This document shows positions 13,858 to 26,254 of a DNA stretch of 64,000 bases, in pieces. Under the pieces are notes generated by a model that saw only the letters and a program-made list of their open reading frames with translations, had not been told where the DNA came from and did not search any database. How positions within the stretch are numbered: position 1 is the stretch's first letter; each line of letters begins with the position of its first letter. The DNA is taken from the NCBI GenBank assembly GCA_046563655.1, contig CM102289.1, forward strand, positions 5,580,001 to 5,644,000, written 5' to 3'. This DNA comes from Yuukianura sp. NJ FZ-2021. Lineage: Eukaryota. Position numbers and translations under genes: made by a program.

Positions 13858-15444
13858 TTACAAGAATTTGAGTGTGGGCATTGGAAGTGGACAACCTCTC
13901 AGACTCCGCTTGAGCTGAATCGAAACAATGCTCGTGGCAACAAGTTTCTCCTTGTTGCCACTCGGATCGTTGAACAATTCAGTGGGAACAGGCGGATCTT
14001 TAGAGTCACTTTGGTCGGCAGTAGCTGGAACGTAATTGACCAACAATTCGTTGCCACCGGAAGGAATGTAGAACAATGCATCCACGTTCCAGCACACTTT
14101 AGCACTCCGTTTTGGCACGAATAGTACGCGGTACCCTTCGGAAGTTCCAATTCTCTCCGCTTGTCCTAAGCAAACACATTCTTCTTCACGTTTCTTCCCA
14201 AGTATTTTTAGTTGGCCAATGCTGATTGGTTGTCCTTGTCCACCAGCCTTCACATGTTCAAGCATCGCTCCTTCTCCAGCCAATCGAATCGTGGGAATGT
14301 CACGAACAAATAACTGCGTATATTTTTTTAATTTGAGAAGTTCCGCCAAAGACTCCAGCGTGAGTGAGGCAAAGTCAAAGGACTCTGTTTCTTGCTCCCG
14401 AATTTCTGGATGTCCCTTCTTGACGAGGCTGGCATTGAACCGATATCGCTGCATTTCGTTCAAGTATTTCCCACGGTGAGTCTCTAAAACCACGTGACTA
14501 ATTTCCAAGTTCCTCCGAGCGAAGTCCTTGAAATAGTCGGGGGACAATAGAAGTTCAAATTGTTGGTTTCGCCTTTCTTCCACTTTTTCCAGAATTTTCT
14601 TGGAGTCGACGGTTGCCGTTGGTGAAGCATTTTGAATTTCGAGTGAAAGGGCATGAAGGTCAAGTGAATCCAGGTTCCGAATGTCTCCGATGAAAAGGCG
14701 ACCACCGGGCGAAAGAAGCCGAATGCTCCGAACCATGACATCTTCTAGATAAGTTACGTTTGGAAAATACTGAACGACGGAGTTCAGAATCACGAGGTCA
14801 AACTCTTGCTTAGTCTCTTGTGCTTCAAAATTTTTCAAAATTGCAATGGCATCGCCATGTTTGATTTCCAGCTTCGGATTTTCTCCAAATCGTGCCTGGA
14901 GACGTGCTACCGCTTGAGCTGACAAGTCCGTAGCCACAAACTGTCGACAACTAGCGTCCGCAATTATTTTGGACAGAACAAGACCACTTCCTGTTTAAAA
15001 AAAATCCAAAAGTCGATCATTTGAAAGTTTCTCTGAAAAAACATCAACTAGTAATTGACTCCATACAGGAGACTCGGAATTACCTGAACCGAGCTCCAGA
15101 ACTCTGGATGATCTTGACCTGAGGATATTTTCGATCGTTTGCTGCTGCCATTCTTCCATGTCAGGGATTGGGATTGGTTCACCGGTGAACGTGCTCTGCC
15201 ATCCATGAAACAGATTCTCTTCCATCTTTTCATACGTCCCATCGAACACGCCTTCCCAATGGATAAGGCTTTTTTCTATGTTCTGCGCAGAATCTGTGCT
15301 CATCTGAATGTGAACAACCGTCTCGTCTCCATTTTGTTCAATACTGAAACTCTGCACAGCCGCATTGTCCTTTAACCAACGCTCAACAAAGGCGTTTCTG
15401 AGGGCTACTGTTGTCAACTCCTTTGGACTGGGATTTTTGTCCAT
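13858..15444 (-). CDS. Stand-alone SAM-dependent methyltransferase of NRPS N-methyltransferase type (~497 aa, 2 exons)
   Basis: Exons 15444-15084 and 14990-13858 splice to VLELGSGSGLVL. Also FHGWQSTFTGEPIP..MEEW, DLVILNSVVQYFP, GGRLFIGDIRN, ELLLSPDYF and NEMQRYRF, typical of N-MT domains embedded in NRPS A domains. Confidence 0.88.
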
Positions 15445-15773
15445 CACTTGTTTTAAAACAACTTTTTGAATTCAGTTTTGAAGCAGTCTGTGTTTCAAAA
15501 TTTGAAAACGGTCTAACTTAGTTAACGCTGAAGGTACAATGAAAATTCTTGGCTGAACCTTTCTGGAAGAGGTGCTTGGGTGCCGTTGGCAATTCCATTG
15601 GTATACCAAAGGCAACATTTTCCAGCTTTGAAAACCGGTTATGATAATTCGCGTAAGAATTACTTCTTTGAGCTGTATTTTTTTTAATCACGGCGAGCCT
15701 ATAGTTTTCTCCACTGATTTTTAAAATGTGTTTTAGAAAAAGTCGTTTTCTAACTCTGTGTTGAACTTTATTG

Positions 15774-16836
15774 TCAATTTTTTGCCTCCTCAATACTCCT
15801 GAGTTCCGTTCCCCAAGCTATCCGCTTCTGGAGTTGGATAGCAAATGAAGAAACTATAAATTCAAAAATGTCTGTTTAGTCACAAACGTCGAAAGAAATT
15901 GTGCTTAGATTTCGGTGCTTACACAAAGCATTACTTTCCTTTGTCGTTGGCTCGTTGTTGGTCAGAAAAATGACGACGACTGCTATGGCAATTGTTTCGA
16001 CGAATAGACCGAAGGCGAACACGGTTCCAAATCCTCCATATGTTAAAAGCTAACGTAAAAGCGACAGATAGGAATCCTAGTTCACAATGCTTTAAAGCTG
16101 TAGCAGAAAAATTTACCTGTGCTCCCAGCATAATTCCGAGGGGTTGTCCAAGTTGGAATGCCCTTAGTTAAAAATTTCAAAAATTTTACGAGGAATGTTT
16201 TTTGTTTGTTTGTTTTAGAAATTTCGATTTAGACATCTTTGTTCCTTACACATCCATGGTGCTGATTCGGAATGTCCGCTCCGATGGGGAAGTTGTTGAT
16301 ACGATATATTTGTAGCCAGATACTGCGTAGGCCACTCCTCCACCAAGAAATCCCACAGGAATGGACGCGACGAGCAGAAAGCCTGGTGGAAGCCAATACG
16401 GAAAGAGCGACACGAGGAAATACCCGCCTGCATAGAGAGCGAATCCAGTCAAAGGCAGGATCAGAGGAACCTTTGACCCCATCCGATCGTTCAGTTGACC
16501 CCAGATTAAGCCAAAAAATAGCGGAGGTGCAGCCTCCAGTAGGAGACGTAAGGAACCGAGAGACGCTGCCTCGGCCTCCACCGACTTCTCCAGGTCATGA
16601 TACTTCGTTAAGTCACTACACAAGGTCGCATTACCACTTTCCCCCAAGTGGTACAGACAGATCCTGTAGATGTAAAAGTTCTGAATGGTGATTTGGAGAG
16701 CATTGAGAACTACTGCTGTAGTGAAGACAATTACTTCTATGATAGTTAGATACTTCTGCGCAGACGCTTTGCTTGGCGTGATCGTTCCTCTGTCGTTTGG
16801 TTCTGGAATTAATGCAGAGGTTTCGTTGGATTCCAT
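15774..16836 (-). CDS. MFS transporter, SLC46/proton-coupled folate transporter-like; only the N-terminal 6-TM half seen, 3' end uncertain
   Basis: IWGQLNDRMGSK (MFS motif A-like), GFLGGG, SERTFRIS. Further exons give VAFQLGQPLGIMLGAQ and LLTYGGFGTVFAFGLFVETIAIAVVV, then a stop near 15774. Confidence 0.7.
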
Positions 16837-17694
16837 CTGTATAGATTCTAAAATGCTACGTTTATGAATCTGGAATATCAGAACTTGATCTCGACGGGGT
16901 CATTGAACGCTACTTGTCTGCGGGAGAAGCTTCTTTTTGCAAACGACAAAGCACGGGCTTGTCTGTGCTTGATAAATAACAAGTTTTAGATTCGCAAGTG
17001 TTTTACAAGTAAACCAACTTGAGTAACTAAAAAAATTTTTTTAACAAGAAAACGATAAAAATTTAACAGTTTTTTCCGCACTTTTTAGTGGGAATTTTGT
17101 GAAGGCGTTTTATTTTTGTTTTCTGGTTGATTAGGATGATTAGAATGCTGCATTGGGAATCTTTGTACTAGCAGGTCATGGTTGGGAAAATTCAGCTTTG
17201 TCCGTGACCTCTGGTTACTCTAATGACATGTACATGCCTGGAGTCGTGCCAGTGACCTTGCTAGCGGTGAACACGTAAAGTCTCATCATAGAATGGAGCC
17301 TAGGCATGAGTCCTGTCATTACACACCTCGACGGAATTCTTCATGTTGTCCAACCAGTTTTTTCCACTTTAAAGTAAAAAGAAGATGAAGATGATGCACA
17401 AGTGGAAAGCATTAAAACAAAAAACCAGCTCTGAATTATTCATGATTTTTTGGAAACTATCAAAGGAATACGCAGAGGTACACAGTAGAATCTGCACAGA
17501 TTCAAAATTTCTCTTCCTTCCCTCCACGATTTGGCCATATTACATAGTTGTAAACAGTGGCGCACCAACCAAACATTCAGGTTTAGTGCGTTAGTGCAAC
17601 TGATCTTCGAGGATTGCTAAAGTCCAACATAAGTTAGTCAGAGGTCACAACTTGTACAGAACCTGTGCAGAGGTCAAGAGTCAACGAGCCAATA

Positions 17695-20600
17695 ATGGGG
17701 AAAGCTCAAGCGTCTCCCGAGGATGAAGCCAATTTCTTATCCAACCTCTTTCTCTGGTGAGTTCAAAATTTTCTCTCTTTTTCACCCCCGTTTGTTTACG
17801 CAGCCGCATTTGTTATTCTTCGGAATGCTTTGGATTATATGCTCCAGTTTTTTGTTGATGTTAACAAATGTCGCTGATTGGCCAAACATGGCTTGCTGGT
17901 TGACTCTATAGCCTGAAGATGTGGCGGATTCAGTCGACTGTTTCAGATTTTGAACAGGTTTAGCAAGTAGGATTTAACGAGACTGGTGATGTTCAGGTTT
18001 AATGCGTCCCCATTTTTTTTAACAACACTCCTTCAAAACAGTTTCCTTTACTTTTAACACAAGTTGTACCACATGTTGATTTCTTTGTGTAGCTGGACAC
18101 TTCCAGTGTTCCGGAAGGGGAACAAAAGAGTTCTGGAAGAAGAGGACATGTACCCGTTAAGGCCGAAGAGGCAGTGTCACAACCTTGCGCTTCCCCTGGC
18201 AAATGCATGGGGTAATTCCTGTTTCAGAAAATGGTTGAAAACATTACATTAAAAAATACTTACAACAAATCGTAGAATAATACAGTTTTCAATTCATTGT
18301 ATTTTTTCACATTTTTTTTTTAGCAAAAACAGTTGCTGCCTCCAAACCGTCACTGTTCAGGGCAATGGTCAGTGTCTACTGGGCCAAGTTCACGCTCGTC
18401 GGCCTCATCTACTTGTTCAAAGAAGGAATTCTGCAGTAAGAACACACTATAACCTAACAAATATAACTAACATAATGTAAACACTTACTTGTGATTGGTT
18501 CCTATCGCAGAGTTTTCCTGTCCTTGGCTCTTGGTCAGTTTGTAGGGGCATACGGAAGTTCTGGTAATTCTCATAATACGACAGTGGTCTACATCGGAGT
18601 AGTCTTCATCGTCATATCCACTGTCTACGCATTCGTCACAAACCACTGGTACTTGAGCTCTGTGAAACTGGGCTTCACTGGATCCACCGCAGTGACTGTC
18701 CTCATCTTCCAGAAAATTCTCAGAATTAGCCCAGGAGCGGTCAATACCTCAGACAGCGCAAGTCCCATCAACCTCGTCGCTGGGGACACGAAACGATTTG
18801 AGGTGGGAATCGGTATGCTCAATGCAGTTTGGGTCGGACCCACCGTCTTTGTTATTGTGGGAACCATCTTGTGGCTCAAGTATGGACCAGAGATCATGGC
18901 AGGCTTTGTCATGATGCTTCTTCTGACAGTCGTTGCAGGTACAACTTTTGTAATAAATTGATCATTGACAGGTCGTTTTAAGTTGGCTTGTTTTAGCATT
19001 TGTGGGGAAATTGTACGTCGGTGTTCGGATAAGGTCGGCGGAAAACGCAGATGAGCGACTGAAACTATTGGACAACATCATCTCGGAAATTCGCATAATA
19101 AAAACCAATGTCTGGGAACGACTGTTTTTAGACTCCGTAGAAGCAGCACGCAAGTAAGGCAGTTGAAACTGTTTTTTAAATTGAATAGTTGTAAAAAAAA
19201 ATTTAAAGTTAAACTTTTTGACTAAGTTTTCTAATCTGATTTGTAGGAGGGAACTGGAAGCGATACGAGATCGACAGCTACTCACCGCTTTTTCTTTGAC
19301 GATTCAAACGTTGTACTCGCGCCTGACAATTCTTGCTACTCTTCTCACATATGTCATCGTCAATGACCCCATCACAGCCGAAAAGGTCAATTTCAAAAAT
19401 TGGACTTTCTAAATTTCCAGATTTCAAAGTGGATTTTCTGGAAAGTGATATTGATACTGTTCGCTTTATTAGGTGTTTGTAGTGATGTCGTTCTACAACA
19501 TCGTGACTGGAATTATGAGTGGAGCTTTTCCAGCAGCGGTCATGATGCTCGCAGAAATCCGTGTTTCCGTTAAACGGATTCAGGTAGTTTGAGCAGCTTC
19601 ACATCGACTTCGATATTGATTGCTAATATCCATTGACTTTTGACCCAGAACTTTCTGTTGCTGCCCGAATGTCAACGTGATGGAGTCAAACATCTCCCAG
19701 GAAAACCGTCTCCGTTCAAAACTTACGGAAAACTGAACATGAGTGAGTACAGCGGATCCTGGGGAAAAGGAAATCCACCAGCAATCGAAAACATTTCGCT
19801 TCGCGTTGGAGCTGGACATCCAATTTTTGTAATGGGACCAGTAGGGTCAGGCAAGGTCATTGAACTTTTTTGAAATGCCGATTTCGGCACCTTTTCATTT
19901 TTTTTTCATAAAAACTTTTTTTTTATAATGGTTTAGAGTTCTCTGCTCTATGGAATATTGGGTGAACTAGAAACGATTCATGGGCAAATCGAAGTCGAAG
20001 GGAGACTGGCATTTGCAGCACAGGCACCGTGGGCCTACACGGGCACTCTGCAGGAAAACATTTTATTTGGAAAACCGTTGAGTCAACCCTGGTACCAACA
20101 AGTTCTTGACGCCACCGCTCTGCTCGAGGACATCCGGAAATTTCCGAATGGTGACTTGACGGCGGTAGGAGACAAGGGAATCACTTTAAGTGGAGGTCAG
20201 AAGGCAAGAATCAACTTGGCCCGAGCCTTGTACATGGATGCAGACGTTTGTTTATTGGACGACGTCCTGAGCGCTGTAGATCCTCGCGTTGCGCAGGAAA
20301 TTTGGCAGAAGGTGATCAAGGGTTTACTGAAAGAAAAATGCGTCATTGTCGCCACGAACCAAGTCCAATTTATTGCCAGCGACGACTTTGTGCTGCTCAT
20401 GGACAGTGGCAAGGTCAGTGACCACTTGAAGAAAGTTATCCAATTGAAGTGAAAGCTCAAATATTAACTGTGTCAATGTAGGTGAAGGACTTTGGAACGC
20501 GATCGGACGTGGAACAGCGACACCCTGACCAGTTCCGGCAGAGTAGCGGACAGGAAAAGGAGAAAAATGAGGAAGAGAATTTAGAAGACGTCCACTCCCT

Positions 20601-23223
20601 CCGATTTCAAACTGGACTTGGCAGGTATTTAAACAATTTTTTAACATAATTAAATGTATTAGAATAAATTAGATTAAGTTCAGGGCTTGCAACAATTTTT
20701 ACTTACAGTTCGAAGGCAGCCAGCTCTTCGGAGTTGGCGCCACTGCTACCGTCGGGGACAAGCGCTCTGCGTGAAGACCGGCGTACTGGAATGGTTGGCC
20801 TCACGCTGTGCTGGCACTTTCTTCGAGCGGGAAACAGCCTTATACGCCTCTTGGTCGTTCTATTTCTCCTCATTCTGTCGCAATTGACCATGAGCAGTTC
20901 AGATATTTGGCTCACGAAATGGTATGCGAATCGCAGTTTTCGAAATTCTACTGGAATAAACGTTTTCCTTTTGTTGGCACAGGACCGATTTTTCTGAGAA
21001 GTTTCAGAAGTCACCTGAATGGTTTTACCCTGGAATGTACGTTGGTCTTCTAGTTCTGACTTTTAGCGTTGGGTGGATAGCAAGTTCTTGCTACTTCGTT
21101 CTCGGCGTAGCTTCTGGACGCATGCTCCACGCAGACGCAATTAACGCACTCGTTGGCACTAGACTGAGCTTCTTTGATAAAAACCCATCAGGTAGGTGTA
21201 ACGTTATGCGGGAGACAAGGATTGCAAGGGAAAATACAGAAATTCGATTATAAAGAAGTAACTGGAGGTGTTATAATTTTACTACAAATCTTATTATATT
21301 AACGCTTTAATTATTTTTTTAAGGGCGAATCATGAATCGTTTCTCGAAAGATATGTCCAACGTCGATGAGTACTTGGGACTCGTGCTCTTCGGAGTCATC
21401 AACGTAATATTCCACAAAATCAAAATTTTCAAAAATTAAACAAGAAAAACTTAAATTTTGCCATTTTTATTTGCAGTGTGGTTTGCAAGTGCTGGGAGTA
21501 ATTGGCGTCGCATGTTTCCTCAACCACCTACTCATTCCTCCGTCAATTGTGCTGTTTGGAATTTTCTACCTCCTGCGCAGGTTCTACCTCTCCGCATCTT
21601 CCGACATCAAACGCCTTGAAGCTATTAGTAAACACTCTCAAATATTTAATTTAAATAAATTAATAAATGAATTAATTAATTCAATTTGTAACTTTCCCAG
21701 CTCGGAGTCCTGTTTACTCTCTTCTCAACGTGGCTTTAGAGGGAATTGGAACAGTGCGAGCGTTCAAGCAGGAGCAGTACATGCTGGACACTTTCTGCAA
21801 ACTGAAAGACGCCCACTCCAGAACCTACTTCATGTTCCTGTTTACGTACACTTGGTTCACGCTCATGCTCAGTGTGACCATTCTGCTGTTCCAGACCGTT
21901 GTCATCCTCACATTCATCTACTTGGTCTCAGGTAACATACAAAGGTCAAGGGTCAAGGTCAATGGTAACAACAAAGATTCGATCACATCTTAGAAGTTGT
22001 GAATTTTTTTTGTAGACAAAGCCGCGGCTGCGTTGGTCATCACATCAGTGTTCACAGTCAGTGAAATTTTCAGTGCAGCAGTGCAGAGATCAGCCGATTT
22101 GGAGAACGATTTGGTTTCTGTGGAGCGTATAGTCGACTACGGACGGTTAGTACAAGAAGGTTCAGATGGCGGGAGCAACCGGTGGGTCAAAGGTGCTGGA
22201 AGCATCTCCATCGAGGACCTGCAGCTAAACTACGGAGAACACAATTTAGCTTTGAAAGGCGTTACAGCAGAAATCAAACCTGGCGAAAAAGTAAAAAAAA
22301 ATAGAAATTCAACGTCTTTTTTGAACTTTTCGATTTAAAACAAGTAAACACTGAATATTAAAAAATCATTTTTGGATTTTTGTGGTAGGTGGGTGTAATT
22401 GGAAGAACAGGAGCTGGAAAGTCATCAATTGTAGCAGCTCTTCTGCGATTGACAGAGCCCTCCGGCGGTCGGATTGTGATTAACGGCGTCGATACGAAGT
22501 CGCTGCGACTCAAAGAACTGAGATCAAACATTTCTGTAGTGTCACAGACGCCTGGTTTCCTCAACGGAACGCTCAGAAAAAACCTTGACCCGTTTGACGA
22601 ATACAGCGACGGAGAAATCTGGAGTATTTTGGGGTCACTTCAACTGATCTCAAAAGTCAAGGAACATCCAGACACCATTTACCAAGCGGTGAAGGAGAAT
22701 TTTTTGCTCTACTTTAGTAATTTGTACTAAAATGTGTCTAATTTATTAAAAATGGTTTAGGTCGACGTTGGAGGCGGAAACTTTTCACAGGGAGAACGGC
22801 AATTGATTTCACTCGGCAGAGTTTTGTTGAGTAAAAGGCGAATTGTGATTCTTGATGAAGCCAGTGCAAATCTAGACTTCAAGTAAAATATTATTTTTGA
22901 ATGTTAATTAATTTTTTTAACTAGTTTTTTGGAAGTTATTTGAATTTTTTTTTGTATTCTAGGACTGATGAACTCATTCAGAGTGTAATCCGTGACAAGC
23001 TAGAAAATGTTACAGTGATAGCAATAGCCCACCGATGGGAAACTATTGTCAACTACGATCGAATTATGGTTCTAGATGATGGGAAAGTCGTGGTAAAGAA
23101 AATTTTACAAACAGATACTTATTTCTGTCTTCAAAATCGAATTTAAAGCTTTCATTTTTTTTGTTCCAGGATTTTGATACTCCGCAAATCATTTTCCACA
23201 AACAATGGAATATGGAACCTTAA
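17695..23223 (+). CDS. ABC transporter subfamily C (MRP4-like), multi-exon
   Basis: Start [22 protein letters not shown]1 [34 protein letters not shown]2 [29 protein letters not shown]. Stop TAA 23221-23223. Confidence 0.92.
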
Positions 23224-24088
23224 ATTACCATTGCTGAGGCGGATTGGCTAAATTAATTTAAAATTTCAGTCAGACATTTTTGCTGCCAATTTTGCTCATT
23301 TTTAATTGTCGTTTTCATTATTTTCATTGATTAATGTAATATAAACCTAAAATAAAATAAGAATTGAATGTGTTCAAAGTCCTTGGGTTAAATTACTTTA
23401 AGACAAGACAAGTTCTTTGAAATCCGAATCCTGAACTGGGGACATAAAAAACCGAAACTGGTTGGATTAGCGTTGATAATTTATGCAGGAGCAGGTTGCC
23501 ACGCATGTTTGTGACAAAAATTACGACTAGCATGAAAGCAAAAACCAGTTTCAGTTCAGAATTAACCATTGCATGATTGATTAGAATTGCAAATGTGTAT
23601 GCGGACAACCTAGTCCTTCATTAGAACAATTAAACCGCATATCTCAAAACCAGTAAAAATTTAAGATTCTAAAAACACAAAAGAAACTATTCTCCAAATT
23701 TCAAGGTTTCCGTTTTATGGAAAAAGTTGAAAACTGGAGGAACGGGAATTTCAACTTTTGTACATTTTTTTTTCAAAAAAAAAAAACACATTTTTACAAT
23801 TTATACTTTTTACTGGGATGAATCACTATCGTCCCACGATGGTGTTCACCTTGAATTGACATATGACCTCGTTCGGAAAAAATTTTTATGCTCAAAGGCG
23901 AAAATGTATTATTCGGCAATATTATTTTTATTACTCTGTTATTTTATGATAATTCAAACAGCCTCGAGTCTGCCTTACATTTAGTTATTACTTAGCTTGT
24001 ATGTTTATTTTGTAATTTATACAAAATAGTACTTGTAATGATATTCCGCACAGAATACATTAATAATTTGTTGGCATTTGAAGTGTAG

Positions 24089-25890
24089 TTATTGTCTGCG
24101 TTTGAGTGACAACCACAGGCCGCTGAGTGGTTTGAAATGGGCGCCACTGGATCCTGCTCCCGGCATTACCGTTTTGGCGGAAGGTTCCAACTTGAACTTC
24201 AAAATCAAATTGCTAAGTGCTGCTTTCGTTTCAGCCAGGGCAAATCTCGTTGCAATGCAACTACGCGGCCCAATACCTAACAAAAGGCATAGCTATAATC
24301 AGCAATTACTAACTACTAGATTAAAACAAGAATTTTAATTAAGAAGGATTTACCAAAAGGAATGTTCGTGTATTGATTGATTTTTCCTTTGTTTTCTGCA
24401 TTGAACCTCTCGGGGTCAAATTTGTCAGGATCGGAAAAGTGACCTGAAATAATAAAATAACACTTCAACTCAAGAAATTTTCATTCTTTTTTTAAAAAAG
24501 AGTCTGAAAACCTTACGTTCATCTCGTTGTAACCCATACTGAGGTACAATGATGAGTGTGTCTTTCTCAATAGTTAATTTAGAGTTGGGCACTTTGAAAG
24601 GCTTGACCGTCATGCGTTCCAGTATAATGCTGTTGGGCCACTTGCGTAGAGTTTCCTGGATGACTTTGTCCAAGTATTGTAAGGTCATCACAGTATCATA
24701 GTCCAACTTCCCAGCACCTTTGACCTCCGCTTCCTTCAGTTCTTCGTACAATTTTTGTTGTACTTCTGGATGGAACGCCAACTCTTGTGCAGCCATCACC
24801 AGCTGAGATACGACTGTCGTCACGCCTGCAAAGAAAAACAAAAGACACTGCGCAAGGACCAAGTCCTCTGTCAGCTGAACGCGGCCATGCGAACTCTTGA
24901 TTTCCTGCTGTTTTTCAAAATTACTAAGGTCATCGGAGTCAGGCGGCGAGCCAGTAGTAGGTGGGGCAGTACTCGTTCGAGCATCCATCAGCAACTGCAG
25001 CAAATCGTCTCGTTTTTGCCCCGTTTTCTCTCGATGTTCAATTGTCTTGTTGATGACTTGTCGAAAAAATCTACCGGCTTCTTGATCCGTGATTGGAATG
25101 TTTAAAATTTCAAAAATTAGAGGGAACGTTAGACGGAGCTTGAAAAGAACTTGTTTCTTGAATGATGCAAATTGATTTTGAAATCTTCTGGCGTATTTTC
25201 CGAATTCGGATTCCTCTTTGGAGAAACTGGACGTTTCGAGTCCAAAGGCACAGGATGAGATGACATCCATTGCATATCGGGTCATAAGGTCATGGAATTC
25301 TGGATCTTGTCCAAGAGCAACTTCTTGGTCAATGAATTTTGTTAACTTTTCCGATGCATCGGTGAAGATGGAATACATTCTGCGAATCTTTCCGGAGGAA
25401 AAGGCGGGAGTTAGAGTAGATCTCAAATCCTTCCAGAATTGACCTTTGGTGTGTGTTAGGATTAGACCAAAAAGAGGATCAGTTTTGTCCAAGTTGGCAA
25501 CACGACGGTCCACAAAGCAATCGAAATCTTTTACCTTAAATTTAAATGGAGTTTTTTTAAGTTATTAAAATTTTCAAAATTGAATGATTTTTTTAAAGAG
25601 CCGAAACTAACCATAATGTGCTTGATGAGATCTGGGTCAGTGACGTATAGCACTGGCAATGAGCCTTCCATGTACCCGGTGTACCCACCACACCGTTTTT
25701 TCTTGATGGTATCGTACACTAGAAATTCAAATTCGTGTCGCGGGACCTCCCATCTTGATAACTTCAGTTTTGCCGGGTCAAAGACTTTGACTCCTCTTCT
25801 CTGCCAGTATGTCTTCGCTTTGAACCAATTTTTGAATTTGCCGCTGAAAAGCAGCAGGGTAATCACGACAGTTACTACGAGCCAGAACAT
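24089..25890 (-). CDS. Cytochrome P450, CYP3 clan (CYP6/CYP9-like), 4 exons
   Basis: N-terminal TM anchor, WKDLR, ETLRKW (ExxR), FDPERF, spliced heme motif PFGIGPRSCIA; I-helix FFFAGVTTV. Confidence 0.92.
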
Positions 25891-26254
25891 GTTGATCTGC
25901 TCTCTCCAGAACTAGAAGTAAGAAGTGTGTAGTTGTTCGAGTTAGCATCCAACCAAACCTGTTTTCAAAACATCATCTTGCGTTTTGGATTTAAAAAAAT
26001 GTTTGTTTTTTGAAATATTCCAAATCCTCACACGGAGCAAACCTCCACAGCGGAAAACCAAGAAAACCAAAAAAAAATGTGTCAAAAACATGACGAACCA
26101 ATCTTTTTTTTTTCGTACAACATTTTCGATTTATTTGCAATGTAGTCTCCATGTTAGGACAAGAGGCGGCAGTAATCTTAAAACGACAGTAAGATTGCTG
26201 CAAATTACTAAAATCTGAAAATTTTACCATACGCACTGTTGAGTTTTTTAAAAT

